From Pseudomonadales bacterium (lineage in GTDB: Bacteria; Patescibacteriota; Microgenomatia; UBA1400; PJMF01), in the NCBI GenBank assembly GCA_020632235.1, contig JACKFY010000002.1, positions 11,550 through 75,549 of the forward strand: a stretch of DNA of 64,000 bases, written 5' to 3'. Shown one piece after another: positions 46,040-56,434 of this stretch. The notes under the pieces are model-generated. The model was not told the DNA's origin. It saw nothing but the letters and a program-made list of their open reading frames with translations, and searched no databases. The position numbers were made by a program, and so were the translations under genes. The number at the start of each line of letters is the position of its first letter. Positions within the stretch are counted from its first letter, which is position 1.

Positions 46040-49000
46040 ATGACAACCAAACCAGCACAACCCACTCAGGCTTCCAGAGCCAAAGCTGGTATAATCGAGG
46101 CCATGTTGGCCCTACGATCTCCCACTCGGTTTTTGTTGTCGTGCCTTTTGGCAAGCAGTCTCTTGCTGCTCTCGGTAAGTGGAGTTTTGGCAGGTAAAGC
46201 GGGCATTAACATTGGCGACCACTTTGGTGAAGTAGACCAAGCAGCACAAATCACCCGTGATGGTGGTTGGATAGTCGTCATGGCACAGCCGGGCGACTGC
46301 ATGGATCTCTCGCAAATGATGGCAGATCACCCCAACACCAACTTTGTTATCCGCGGACACCACCCTCACACCGACGTAATGTCTCCTGAACACGCAAAAG
46401 CATGGGCCTACACCCTAGCCAACATGAATACGGGCGGAAGAAAAGTATATTTTTACCCTGTGAACGAGCCATTTACCCGGGGGGCGCAGGAGGGGTTTTC
46501 CAACGACCCTGCCACCACCGCTCAGATGGTGAACGCGTATGTTGACACTCTTCTCTCTACTGCTCCGGGACTAGACCAAAAGGTGGTATTTCTCTCGCCC
46601 ATGATAAACAGAACACACCCAAACTATGAAAGCAATGTGGACTTGTTGGGCGGAGCAGGTTTTTACAATAAATTTTCTGGTATATCAATGAATTTATATG
46701 ATTTTCAAGGCTGCGGAGGGCCGTTTTGCCACCCCAACAAACATCTTAACTCAGGAAGATTTTTAGAAGACAAAGCGCTCGAAGGCATTGATGCTGGCAA
46801 GCAGGTCTACGCTGTCGAATCTGGCGTGGTAAATGGAAACGTCGTCTACATAGACACCCAACTGCGAACGTACTACGAGGCTGGTTATGGCAGCCCTGGG
46901 CCATTTCTTGACTCCAGGCTGGCAATGACCGCCACATTTTCCTACAACCCCCACGCCAGCGACTGGAGCATCTACGGTACACAGACCGCTAGTTTTTTTC
47001 AGGGGTTGGGTGGTGGAACTGCGCCAATTCCAGAAACCTTTGACGAGGAAGCGTGGTTTGCTGACAACAACATACAAGACAAAATTGACGCAGGCGAGAT
47101 CATCCAGTGTGACGAGTGCGGCTTGAGCCCTTCCACCCCCGACGGGGCTGGCTACTGTGCGGCTGTGGGCAACTATAGTACGACGATCTTCCCCGAGTAC
47201 GAATACGAAAACACCGAGTACTACATCCATCCTATTTGCGAAAATGAAGAGGTGTGCCGAAGTGGTAGTTATGAAGAGGCAACCGTGGAGTATAAAAACA
47301 GCCTCATAAACCAAGGGTATGAGGCCTACTGCGCCAACGAAGAAGTGCAAGTACTCGGCACTACGGGGCAAAACTGGGATCTCTACCTATCACTCATTGC
47401 CTCTGGACAACAACCCGGGAGTCAGCAAACAACACAAAGCGAGTACGTGCTTGACGCCACCAACATGAAGGTGCCGCTATTCAGAGATGTATCGGGTAAA
47501 CGCTGGCGCATGACATCGCTGGAAGAGTTTTTTGGATTTAGAGATATTTACACCAACAAAGACACTGAAAGCCTCATCAACAGCGCTATGATTGAAAAAC
47601 TAACTTCCCAAGAGCAGCGCTGTCAGCTGTCGGTGCAGATCTTGCGGGAGACCAAGCAATTTTGCCAGCGAGAAGAAAATGCAGATACAGCCTCGTGCTA
47701 TCTCAATACTCAGATACCAGACCCTGCCGGCTCGGTAATTGGCAACATGAAGAGACTCGACGCCCTCTCTCTTTTTGAAGGACAAGGCACAACATGCAGT
47801 GAGCTTGTCCAGCGTCAAGACACAGACCCGCTAAAAGCCGCCATTATGAATAATCCATTGTATCTTGAAAGGCTCTATAGACTGGGGTTCTTGGTAACCT
47901 CAGTACGGCAGGTTGCGCCAAATAGCTACACAGGCAATCCCGATACTTTTTTTAGTTTTTTTTCGAATAACTATAGTTCTGGGGTGGGGCTCGCCTACGC
48001 CTCTAGCATGAACGATGTTTCGATCACTGCATTTAAAATCCCTGATGTTGGGCTGGGTCATGACTACGAAAAACTCCAAAACGAAGATGGTTCTACAGCG
48101 GATTTGCAAGACACCAGCATATATACCGACCCATTGTACAACACCAAGCTATCGGTGCTCAGCACCAAGCAACAGCAGTACGCAGCCACCATGAGTGCAG
48201 AGTATAAAGATATACTCAGGCACAACTCATACACCGAGTACGAACGTCCAGATGGCTCTGTCGTTACTGGTCCTCGTCCGTTTGGCGGTAATGACCTCAT
48301 CAACTGCCCTTTCACTCCTGGCTGTGGCGTACCTCATTTTGACCCCAGCACGCCAGTTGACCCGCTTTTTCGTGCAATTATAGACTTGGTCAATACCAAC
48401 AAAGGCATTTACGGCACAGAAGACAAAGATGAAGACGGCAAGCCCGATGTTATTCCTGGCAGGACCTACACAGTAGAAGACATAGCTGATAGAGACAAAG
48501 GTTTGTATCTAAACTGTAAGCCAGAAATAGTCGAGATCACCCCCGAGGGTGTGACGCGCATTTCAGATCCATCGACCATTGATGAGTCTGACCCCTATAG
48601 AAACCTAGAAAATGACCTGGGCGAAACAAACGAACACATCGCGTTGTCTCTGGCAAACAGACTCAGAAACGGTGACACGAGCACTCCTATTTCGAGAACA
48701 AACTTTAGCCCATTTACTTCTATTATCAAATCAACTAATACAGAAAAAAATAGGTACGCTATGATCAACACCTATGTGGTGTATCCGGGAGAGTACGAGG
48801 CAAACGAGATTGCAAATGCTATTCGCAGCCCCTTTGTGCCCTTTGAAGACGCAGAAGAGATTGACATAAACAGACTCAAAGGTTGCGACCCCTACGAAAC
48901 AGACTGTCCGCCACTGCTACAACCAGACGGATCGGTCAAACCAAAAATCCAGAGAGGATTTGAGCTCATTGGAGGTATTTTTCAGTCAAGCTGGGGAAGT

Positions 49001-49750
49001 GTTGTCTTTCCATTCAGGGACGTCACTATCTCGTGCCCACCTGGCGAACCAGACTGCAACTACAAAGAGGCTGGTGCTGGAGTCATTGCGTCCAACCTTA
49101 CCAACACACTGATGATTCCTGGCGAAAAACTAGGTTTTTGGACCAGAGAGATCCAGAAATCACTCAATACCGCCGTCAGCACCCAACGCTCATACCTTGA
49201 CAGCTGTCAGACACTAGAGCAATTTTTACTGGGCACCTGCGGCGGGGCAACAAGTAGTGGTTCTACCACCACTCTAGCCAGTAGTGTTGTACCCACTCCA
49301 ACCATACTAGGAAACCACCAGTGCATACCTGTTCCAGAGGGAAACCCTTACTGCAGCATCTCTGCTATTCAAAGCTTTACGGGCTGGGATGAAGCTCGTG
49401 CCCGCACAGCGTCCATCATCTGTAATGTTGAAAGTGGGGGTAACCCAAATGTAGCAAACACCAGTTGTTTGGTAGGTGGTACTGTTGACTACAGCATCGG
49501 TCTGTTTCAGATCAACCTACTTGCTCACGGTACACCTGGCATTCTGTTTGATGCAAACGGGCGAACAAACGGTAGTCCTGGCTATGACCCAACAGCAGTC
49601 CCCTGCAGTGTTGCCAATGCAGCGCTCCTCGAGCAAAACGAAACGTACTACTTTATTCCTGATAATAACTTGAGAAAAATGGTGGAGTTGTCAAATGATG
49701 GGACCAACTGGCAGCCTTGGGCAGCTGCTAGCTACTGCGGGATCAACTAG
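46040..49750 (+). CDS. giant secreted protein (1236 aa) with a C-terminal Rpf/SLT-like lytic transglycosylase domain and an N-terminal glycoside-hydrolase-like (NEP motif) region; putative T4SS-associated cell-wall hydrolase
   Basis: Signal peptide ~residues 22-50. C-terminus IICNVESGGNPNVANTSCLVGGTVDYSIGLFQIN...W (ESGGN...GLFQI transglycosylase signature). N-terminal region FVIRGHHPH...VYFYPVNEP... Confidence 0.7.
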   Translation: MTTKPAQPTQASRAKAGIIEAMLALRSPTRFLLSCLLASSLLLLSVSGVLAGKAGINIGDHFGEVDQAAQITRDGGWIVVMAQPGDCMDLSQMMADHPNTNFVIRGHHPHTDVMSPEHAKAWAYTLANMNTGGRKVYFYPVNEPFTRGAQEGFSNDPATTAQMVNAYVDTLLSTAPGLDQKVVFLSPMINRTHPNYESNVDLLGGAGFYNKFSGISMNLYDFQGCGGPFCHPNKHLNSGRFLEDKALEGIDAGKQVYAVESGVVNGNVVYIDTQLRTYYEAGYGSPGPFLDSRLAMTATFSYNPHASDWSIYGTQTASFFQGLGGGTAPIPETFDEEAWFADNNIQDKIDAGEIIQCDECGLSPSTPDGAGYCAAVGNYSTTIFPEYEYENTEYYIHPICENEEVCRSGSYEEATVEYKNSLINQGYEAYCANEEVQVLGTTGQNWDLYLSLIASGQQPGSQQTTQSEYVLDATNMKVPLFRDVSGKRWRMTSLEEFFGFRDIYTNKDTESLINSAMIEKLTSQEQRCQLSVQILRETKQFCQREENADTASCYLNTQIPDPAGSVIGNMKRLDALSLFEGQGTTCSELVQRQDTDPLKAAIMNNPLYLERLYRLGFLVTSVRQVAPNSYTGNPDTFFSFFSNNYSSGVGLAYASSMNDVSITAFKIPDVGLGHDYEKLQNEDGSTADLQDTSIYTDPLYNTKLSVLSTKQQQYAATMSAEYKDILRHNSYTEYERPDGSVVTGPRPFGGNDLINCPFTPGCGVPHFDPSTPVDPLFRAIIDLVNTNKGIYGTEDKDEDGKPDVIPGRTYTVEDIADRDKGLYLNCKPEIVEITPEGVTRISDPSTIDESDPYRNLENDLGETNEHIALSLANRLRNGDTSTPISRTNFSPFTSIIKSTNTEKNRYAMINTYVVYPGEYEANEIANAIRSPFVPFEDAEEIDINRLKGCDPYETDCPPLLQPDGSVKPKIQRGFELIGGIFQSSWGSVVFPFRDVTISCPPGEPDCNYKEAGAGVIASNLTNTLMIPGEKLGFWTREIQKSLNTAVSTQRSYLDSCQTLEQFLLGTCGGATSSGSTTTLASSVVPTPTILGNHQCIPVPEGNPYCSISAIQSFTGWDEARARTASIICNVESGGNPNVANTSCLVGGTVDYSIGLFQINLLAHGTPGILFDANGRTNGSPGYDPTAVPCSVANAALLEQNETYYFIPDNNLRKMVELSNDGTNWQPWAAASYCGIN

Positions 49751-50634
49751 CTATCACTCCCCAACTTCTTCGCCTGCTTGACAGGCAGCTCTGCCCCAGA
49801 AGACACAATGGTGCGCTTTGGCTGCGGACTGCGTGAAACCACCTGTTCTTGCACGGATGTGCCAGAGTTGCTCTGGGCGGGCTTGCTGCGCCGCGCGCCA
49901 AGTCGCAGTAGCGACGCGACTGTCTCAAATGTCTGAGCTGTAGCACTCAAAGAGGTAAAGTACTGGGTTTGTGTCTCGATGCCGCGTAAAAACGCAGTTG
50001 CTGCTTCTTCTGGTATGGGTAGCTGGTTGTTTAGTAATGCAACTGCCGTTGTCTCACTCAGACTGGCAGCATTGTCGGGTTTAATAGTCAGTGCAGCAGT
50101 ATTGCTAGCAGTACTACCCACCTGGACAATGGTCGCCTTTTCGTAGGCATCCTCATATCCTTCATACACTGCACCCAAAGAAGAAAGTGAAGATACACCC
50201 ACCAAAAATATGGCATCTACCTCCAAACCCGCATAGTCATAACTTAGCTTTGAGGTATCGAGCGGCAGGGCGCCAGCCTGCGGCTTGATGGTGAGATAAA
50301 ACGTGCTGGAGTCATCACTGATGTGATAACTAACTTTATCCACCGCTTCTTCAGAGTAGGGGAACGATACGATCAGGCTTTGATTACCCACCTCTGTTTG
50401 GGTTTCAGAAAGCACTTCAAAACCTGCGGTTTCCACCCTTGGTTTTGCTGGACTAGCCAAGCTGACTGCTTTACCCGCTGCTTTCAGTGAAGTGTATACC
50501 CCAGCAGTAGCAGCCAAGACATCAGTGGTTGCATTGCCTGGATACACCACGAGAACAGAGCTAACTTCTTCGAGTAGTTCTGTGAGTTGGTTTTGGTCAG
50601 TATTCATGCCGTTAGTATAGCAAATAGATGGCAA
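49747..50634 (-). CDS. hypothetical protein, possibly a degenerate DHH/NrnA-like fold
   Basis: Pattern LVVYPGNATTDVLAATAGVYTSLKAAGKAV resembles the DHH N-terminal layout but lacks the catalytic Asp/His residues. Confidence 0.4.
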   Translation of the reverse strand: MPSICYTNGMNTDQNQLTELLEEVSSVLVVYPGNATTDVLAATAGVYTSLKAAGKAVSLASPAKPRVETAGFEVLSETQTEVGNQSLIVSFPYSEEAVDKVSYHISDDSSTFYLTIKPQAGALPLDTSKLSYDYAGLEVDAIFLVGVSSLSSLGAVYEGYEDAYEKATIVQVGSTASNTAALTIKPDNAASLSETTAVALLNNQLPIPEEAATAFLRGIETQTQYFTSLSATAQTFETVASLLRLGARRSKPAQSNSGTSVQEQVVSRSPQPKRTIVSSGAELPVKQAKKLGSDS

Positions 50635-50716
50635 AATAGCTAGTACTATATCAAAATAAAGTATGCTACACTATCTAGTGTACGTACATGACCAACGCGG
50701 TCAAGAAAGGAAATGT

Positions 50717-51157
50717 ATGAGCGACGACAAACGAGGACTCAACGCAGGCGGTATGCTTCTGGGCGCACTTGCTGGGGCAGTCGCTACATTTTTCCTCTCT
50801 CCCCAATCAGGTGAACAAAATAGAAAAACTGCCTCTACTGCACTAAAAAAGGCCCAACAAAACATGAGTGAGAGTGGTGCTGATATTCGCTCTTCTGTTG
50901 AGTCATTTGTTTCAGAACTACGAGGAAGTACTAGTGGTGCATTTGAAGATGCTGATGCATACTTTCAAGAATTACAAGAAAAAGCAGAACAAACACTTGC
51001 AGAAATGAACGAAGTAGATCTTGACTCACTCATCAAAAAAGTGGAAAAAGACATGAAAAAAGCAGGAAGAGAACTGCAGTTTACTGCCTGGAAATACAAG
51101 GTAAAAGCGCAGTGGTACCTGGCTAAAGCCAGACTTGAAAACAAGCTGCGTAACTAG
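50717..51157 (+). CDS. YtxH-like protein
   Basis: N-terminus GGMLLGALAGAVATFFLSPQSGEQNRK, then a helical charged region. Confidence 0.5.
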   Translation: MSDDKRGLNAGGMLLGALAGAVATFFLSPQSGEQNRKTASTALKKAQQNMSESGADIRSSVESFVSELRGSTSGAFEDADAYFQELQEKAEQTLAEMNEVDLDSLIKKVEKDMKKAGRELQFTAWKYKVKAQWYLAKARLENKLRN

Positions 51158-51199
51158 GTAGTGTACAACCCAAGCTAGGCACACGCCTAAACATACTAT

Positions 51200-51451
51200 A
51201 TGGATATACAAACACTTTTTTATGTAGTGGCCATCTCTTTCATGGTGCTGTTCATGATTGTGATGGGTGTTGTTGGTCTTCTCGCCTGGAGACTCAAGCA
51301 AGCACTAAGGAGCATACCTACCTTAAGCGGCGCAATAGCCACCGGCCTGGCAGCCGCCAAGAAAAAAGAGTTTTTAAGCACCGCTGGTTTTACCGCATTT
51401 ACTATTATTTTGGCAAAATTAAACGAGAAGTTTTCCAGCAAGAGGTCCTAA
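51200..51451 (+). CDS. small membrane protein (83 aa, 2 TM)
   Basis: ORF with two hydrophobic helices. Confidence 0.35.
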   Translation: MDIQTLFYVVAISFMVLFMIVMGVVGLLAWRLKQALRSIPTLSGAIATGLAAAKKKEFLSTAGFTAFTIILAKLNEKFSSKRS

Positions 51452-51602
51452 TCCCCTACCTTTGTCACTCTGCCGCGCCCACCTCCTTGTCTCTCTGAAC
51501 TTGTTTCAGAGACTACCCTCACGCCTGTCAACGCGGATGCTGAATCTCGTTCAGCATGACAGGCTAAAACGTGGAGAAGGGTTTACCCCTTCCCACTACC
51601 GT
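51452..51602. repeat. composite hairpin-repeat element (family member)
   Basis: TTGTCACTCTGCCGCGCCC; CTGTCAACGCGGATGCTGAATCTCGTTCAGCATGACAGG palindrome; GGGTTTACCCC. Confidence 0.5.
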
Positions 51603-51612
51603 ACTATCAGAT

Positions 51613-51867
51613 ATGAAAATGGTCACACTCAACACCAAAATTACCCCAAGTCAGCACCAGTGGCTGAAAGAGCAGGCGCAACAAAACAAGATGAGCCTTG
51701 CTGAAACACTCAGACAAATTGTAAAAAAAGCTCAAGAGGAACGAGCGGATGAGCTTATGCAACGAATACGAGACTGGCACGCCAACAACAATCTCACATT
51801 TGATGGTACCGAAGCAGTAGATATCATCCGCAAAGCAAGAGACACTCGTTATGGCCCTGATAGTTGA
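51613..51867 (+). CDS. ribbon-helix-helix antitoxin (CopG family)
   Basis: MKMVTLNTKITPSQHQWLKEQAQQNKMSLAETLRQIV. Confidence 0.6.
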   Translation: MKMVTLNTKITPSQHQWLKEQAQQNKMSLAETLRQIVKKAQEERADELMQRIRDWHANNNLTFDGTEAVDIIRKARDTRYGPDS

Positions 51868-52290
51868 TGCCTCCGTTGTATTGAAGTGGGTTCTCCCCGA
51901 ACCAGGAACAGAAAAAGCTATTACGCTTTTTGACCTTCACGCCAGTAAAAAAATCGAGCTATACGCACCAATCCTGCTATTATACGAGGTGACAAACACC
52001 ATCGCCCTAAAAAAAGACCTCAGCTCTAAGCAGGTAAAAGATGCGCTCGCCATAATATTAGATGAAAGAATTAACCTTGTGTCTATGGAGATATATATGC
52101 AAAAAATAGCCCAAGCTGTTCGCGGCTAGTCCATCTCTGCCTATGACGCCAGCTATGTGGTGCTGGCTCAGCAGTACGACTGTCCTCTCGTCACCGCCGA
52201 CACAAAGCTCATTTCGGCAGTGGGTAAACCCTTTGTCCAAACTCTTGAAGCGCTAGACATCCCCTCTTTTTCCCTCACCATAAAGTGGTG
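51851..52290 (+). pseudogene. PIN-domain toxin (VapC-like) interrupted by a frameshift/stop near 52125
   Basis: N-terminal frame MALIVDASVVLKW...LLLYEVTN ends at 52129. The C-terminal PIN segment SISAYDASYVVLAQQYDCPLVTADTKLIS continues in another frame. Confidence 0.65.
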
Positions 52291-52365
52291 AGGGGGGGGT
52301 TTCATATCCCCTCTTTCAAAGAGGGGCGGGCTAAAAGCCGGGGGTGTTTTTCCCCCCAGATACTA
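52270..52365. repeat. composite hairpin-repeat element (family member), immediately 5' of the VirB6-like gene
   Basis: CACCATAAAGTGGTGAGGGGGGGGTTTCAT + CCCCTCTTTCAAAGAGGGGC + GGGCTAAAAGCCGGGGGTGTTTT, near-identical to the 23.4-kb and 45.7-kb modules. Confidence 0.6.
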
Positions 52366-52380
52366 TATAATCGCCCCTGC

Positions 52381-54108
52381 ATGCGAAAGAAGCTACTTGC
52401 TCTACTAGCTTTTGTTGTGGTGGGTGTTATTTTTTCCCTCTCTCCTTCTGTAGCTGTAGCCCAAGATGATGCCGACAATAACTTTGGTTATGCTATTGCC
52501 CAAGAAGAAATCACTGCTTATCGCCAAGCTACTGAAAACTGCGATACTCCCTCTCTTGAGTGTCTGGTGCACAACACCACCCGCTTTACCGCAATAGAAA
52601 TCATCTACAATATTATAGGTAGAGAAGACTTTCTTGAAAATGACAGCATAGGATGCGACCCAGCAGACCCCGGGTGTCCCCCTCCTACATCACAAGCTCC
52701 CGCAGATGGCGGTTTTTTAGGTGATATTAACAGCTTTATTGGTAGTATGTACGCCAATCCAGCCGCAAATACCAGAACGTACGTCTCTGACGTGCTTGAC
52801 TCCGCCAACATCGCCCAGCCAGCCTACGCCCAAGGCATTGGCTTTGCATCACTTAACCCCATTCTTTCCATGTGGAAAAAGTTTCGAAACATTGCCTACC
52901 TTGCTTTTGTGGTGCTGTTCATCGTGATCGGCTTTATGATTATGTTTCGCACCAAAATCGGCGGGCAAAACGCGGTCACTACCCAGCAGGCTATTCCCAG
53001 CATTATTGTCAGTTTGCTCTTGGTCACGTTTTCATACGCCATTGCAGGCCTCCTCATAGACCTGATGTACCTATCTATGTTTATGATTGCCGGTATATTT
53101 AACGGCACTGGCTACAGGGGTGGCGACATCATCAGCTATGATATTTTCAACCTCGCAGGCGAAATGTTTAACGCTGGGAAGAACTCATTTGGTGTGGGGG
53201 GCAATATTGTAGAAACTGTGCTCACCGCTGCTAGCGGCAGTACTCTGCTTGGGACGATTGGCGGTATTTTTGGCGGCATAACCCTTGTGCTTGTGCTTGC
53301 CATAGCTATGCTCATCGCTACTTTTAAGCTATTTATAGAGCTACTCAAGTCATACGCTGCTATTGTGCTCAATGTAGTGGCGGCACCCATCATCCTAATG
53401 ACTGGCGCAATACCAGGCAAAAACCCCTTTATGGGGTGGTTTAAAGGCATGGTGGGCAACCTCGCTGCCTTTCCTACCGTCTTACTCATGCTGGTGATGT
53501 ACAAAGAGTTTGTAGAAAATGCGAGTGGGGCGGGAGGGTTTGTGCCACCGTTTACCCTGCAATCTGGCGCAAGCGGAGTAATAGGCTCTATCATGGGCTT
53601 GGCTATTATGCTGGCGTTGCCAGAGATTGTGAAAAAAGTGAAAGAAGTTCTGGGGGCAAAAGATGGATTTGGTGTTGATATTGCAAAAACTGCTGCAGGC
53701 AGAGCTGAAGACTACCTCCCAATGCCATTTATGGCTACTCGCGGTGTTGGTGGCAGTCTAAATGCCATGAGATTAGCTAGAAAAGACAACATGGGTCTAG
53801 CAGATACTTTGAGAGCTGGAAGAGATGGGTATACAAGAATTGATGGCGAAGGACAACTCATGGGTGGTTTACAAGGAAGTTCAAAAGGGTTGTTTGGAGG
53901 AGCAAAGGCTGGATATGACTTTGGCTATAATATAAGAAAAAATATTGACAGAGTAGCAGACGGAAGGCTTGTTGATGTCGAAAATCAAAACAACCTTTTG
54001 GCAAAAATTCAAGAACAAACTAAGCAAAAAGAGCCACCAAAAGGATTTGTTTCTGTTGGTGGAAAACTAAAAAGAGCATCGAGCTATAAACCACCAGAAT
54101 CGCATTAA
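52381..54108 (+). CDS. VirB6/TrbL-like polytopic membrane protein (T4SS channel component candidate)
   Basis: Signal peptide, ~170-aa extracytoplasmic region, six or more TM helices, hydrophilic C-terminal tail. The upstream ORF extension (from 52285) lies inside the repeat element. Confidence 0.5.
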   Translation: MRKKLLALLAFVVVGVIFSLSPSVAVAQDDADNNFGYAIAQEEITAYRQATENCDTPSLECLVHNTTRFTAIEIIYNIIGREDFLENDSIGCDPADPGCPPPTSQAPADGGFLGDINSFIGSMYANPAANTRTYVSDVLDSANIAQPAYAQGIGFASLNPILSMWKKFRNIAYLAFVVLFIVIGFMIMFRTKIGGQNAVTTQQAIPSIIVSLLLVTFSYAIAGLLIDLMYLSMFMIAGIFNGTGYRGGDIISYDIFNLAGEMFNAGKNSFGVGGNIVETVLTAASGSTLLGTIGGIFGGITLVLVLAIAMLIATFKLFIELLKSYAAIVLNVVAAPIILMTGAIPGKNPFMGWFKGMVGNLAAFPTVLLMLVMYKEFVENASGAGGFVPPFTLQSGASGVIGSIMGLAIMLALPEIVKKVKEVLGAKDGFGVDIAKTAAGRAEDYLPMPFMATRGVGGSLNAMRLARKDNMGLADTLRAGRDGYTRIDGEGQLMGGLQGSSKGLFGGAKAGYDFGYNIRKNIDRVADGRLVDVENQNNLLAKIQEQTKQKEPPKGFVSVGGKLKRASSYKPPESH

Positions 54109-54137
54109 AGATTCTTTCAAAGAATAGGTCAAATACA

Positions 54138-56351
54138 TTATTGTTTCTTATCTTCTTTTGGTGGGACAAGCTCTGTTAAGCGGGTGAGGGGGGGGTGATT
54201 ATTTTCTCCAGTATAAATATCAATAGCTTCTTTCTCCTCAGATCCTGGAGAAGAAAAAAACTCCTTAAAGAAACGAGTGCCAGCATATCTATCTCCAAGA
54301 GGAAGGTCTTTCTTTAGAAACATCTTGCTGTAAGCTGTAGCATACCTTTTTCTTTCTTTTTTCCTTCTTCCTGGGCCAATTCTACGAAGGTCTACTGCTT
54401 CTAAGTAGCGAATGGTTTTAGTGAGACTGTCTTTCAAAGGACCCGAGGTAAGACCTGCTGTATCTCTTGTTTGCTCAAGTTTCTCAATTACCTCTCTGTT
54501 GAGTTTTATAAGTTCCTCTGGATTTCCTACGAAGGAAACATACATTCTCATTATTCTGTCTGTGAGGTATGGATAAAGAATAGAGCCCAACCTTTCGGCA
54601 TAAAATACCTTCGTTTTTCCCAGCAGGCCCGTAATTTTTCCTATCTCACTTCCAGATTTATTTGATGAACCAAGAATGTCAGAAGCTTTTAAGTTCTGTG
54701 GAACTGACCCTATTATGAGCTGTAAAAACTCAGCAAAATTTGCCTCAGCGAGTTGGTACTCTCCAAATCCTTGCACATCAGACCTACTTATCTGCAGCGA
54801 AGTGCCATAGACAATCTGGCCATTTACACTTATTTTTTCTTCAGCGCTCAGAAAAAAAATATCTATTGGAGAAAGCAGCGATTTTCCAAGACCAAGCTCT
54901 GGAATTTGATCTATAAGCGGCCCAACATCGTACTGTGAATTTAAGTAAGTAATAACAAGCTCCTTCATTTTTTCTAAATCACCAAACTTTCCTGCTCTGG
55001 CACCTTGTCCACGGTAGCCCATTCTTTGCCCCGAAATCTGGTTAAAAGGAAGCAAATATTGTGATCCATTTCTCTCGTTTCCAGGATATCCATAGGAACT
55101 ATGAAACATATAGGCCATTGGATTCTGCACCGCAACTACTTCATAGCCTTTGCTAGAAGAGCTGTGTTTTGTGCCTCTCGATTTTCTTCTTAACTGTCCT
55201 TCCTGTAAAACAATTGAGGCAAAATCAAATGCAATGAAAGTATTCCAAATAATTGAAAGGAGGGCTTCGTGCAGTTGTTTTTCTATATTTTGGCCAAAAA
55301 AAGAGTCTGGGAAAAGCTGTCGCACAACCTCTCTAAGAAAGTCTTGTCCTGAGTCACTCACTAATTTTTCGTAAAAACCGCCCTCAGTAATAGAGTGGTC
55401 TATAAGAGTGTGTATAGCATCAGATATTTTATTCCCAAAAATAGGGTTGTATGTTGTAATTTGTAACAACTCCTCACGAGTAAGTAGAAATTCATTTACC
55501 CAAGAACTTTCGCCAGGACCATATACAGAAGTTCTGTTTTCAGCAGCCACCTTTCCCACAGATTTTTTTCCTACCATATTGCTGAGAATAAAGCTGTATA
55601 TCTCAGTTTGTTCTATCCAAAAATCGTCATCATGGTGCTTTTGTAGTTCTTTCCCTCCAGCCTTTCTACTCCAAAACTCAACGACATAACTACCAACTTC
55701 CGTTGGATTTTCTGCGCCATAGCCCTGTGCAGAGAGTCTAATCCCCTTTCTCTTCAAATATGCGATCAGATCTCTAGTTGCCATATCTCTTGGAGACTGC
55801 TCTTTCTTTGCTAAATCAAGCCGCTTCAACAAGCTACTAGCTGCATGAATTATCTTGCCTTGACTATAGCTCTTCGTAAAGCCATCCAACTGTTCCACCA
55901 GCTCTTGCAACTTATCAACATCACCATCCACTAAAGCCCCCGTTGCAAACTGACCTTCAATAAGAGCTGTGAGTTGTTGAACCCTACCTATGTCTTTCTT
56001 CACTTCCTCGCTCTCACCACTAGCATCAACAACGGGTGATTCTGTTACGATCGCTGTTTCAGATTCAGAAAGCTCTTTTATTCTGGCTTTTATCCTTTTT
56101 AGATTTTCTAAAATTTCACTTTTTTTAGAATCATCAATCTGAGTAGTTTTTGTCAAATTTTGGTATTGTGTAACAAACTCCCTTCTTTGTGATTTTAATG
56201 TATCTAGGTCATCTGCATCATAGAAATTCAAAGTATCCACCACTCCCTGCAATTCACGTTGAAAACCCTCTACGCCCATTCTTTCTTGAGATGACTTGTT
56301 CTCTTCAGACTGGTTATTCGGAGAATCGCCTTCTCGATTCGGTTCACTCAT
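54138..56351 (-). CDS. hypothetical cytoplasmic protein (737 aa) within the T4SS-like locus
   Basis: Long ORF with balanced composition, no TM segments, no P-loop. Confidence 0.55.
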   Translation of the reverse strand: MSEPNREGDSPNNQSEENKSSQERMGVEGFQRELQGVVDTLNFYDADDLDTLKSQRREFVTQYQNLTKTTQIDDSKKSEILENLKRIKARIKELSESETAIVTESPVVDASGESEEVKKDIGRVQQLTALIEGQFATGALVDGDVDKLQELVEQLDGFTKSYSQGKIIHAASSLLKRLDLAKKEQSPRDMATRDLIAYLKRKGIRLSAQGYGAENPTEVGSYVVEFWSRKAGGKELQKHHDDDFWIEQTEIYSFILSNMVGKKSVGKVAAENRTSVYGPGESSWVNEFLLTREELLQITTYNPIFGNKISDAIHTLIDHSITEGGFYEKLVSDSGQDFLREVVRQLFPDSFFGQNIEKQLHEALLSIIWNTFIAFDFASIVLQEGQLRRKSRGTKHSSSSKGYEVVAVQNPMAYMFHSSYGYPGNERNGSQYLLPFNQISGQRMGYRGQGARAGKFGDLEKMKELVITYLNSQYDVGPLIDQIPELGLGKSLLSPIDIFFLSAEEKISVNGQIVYGTSLQISRSDVQGFGEYQLAEANFAEFLQLIIGSVPQNLKASDILGSSNKSGSEIGKITGLLGKTKVFYAERLGSILYPYLTDRIMRMYVSFVGNPEELIKLNREVIEKLEQTRDTAGLTSGPLKDSLTKTIRYLEAVDLRRIGPGRRKKERKRYATAYSKMFLKKDLPLGDRYAGTRFFKEFFSSPGSEEKEAIDIYTGENNHPPLTRLTELVPPKEDKKQ

Positions 56352-56434
56352 ACCCTCAAATTATACCACTGTTACCCCTGCCAGACCATACTGCCCCCAC
56401 AAATCTGCGCTAGAGTTCGCTATAATCAAACAAA

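Noticed and set aside
46763-47371. 202-aa and other ORFs antisense to the giant hydrolase gene
   Set aside because: They sit inside a 3.7-kb uninterrupted sense ORF with recognisable domains.
23350-52365. Possibility that the hairpin-repeat clusters are CRISPR arrays
   Set aside because: There are no identical direct repeats with regular spacing. Modules differ in sequence and order, and no cas genes are present.
53136-53594. 152-aa ORF antisense to the VirB6-like gene
   Set aside because: Antisense to a supported membrane-protein CDS.
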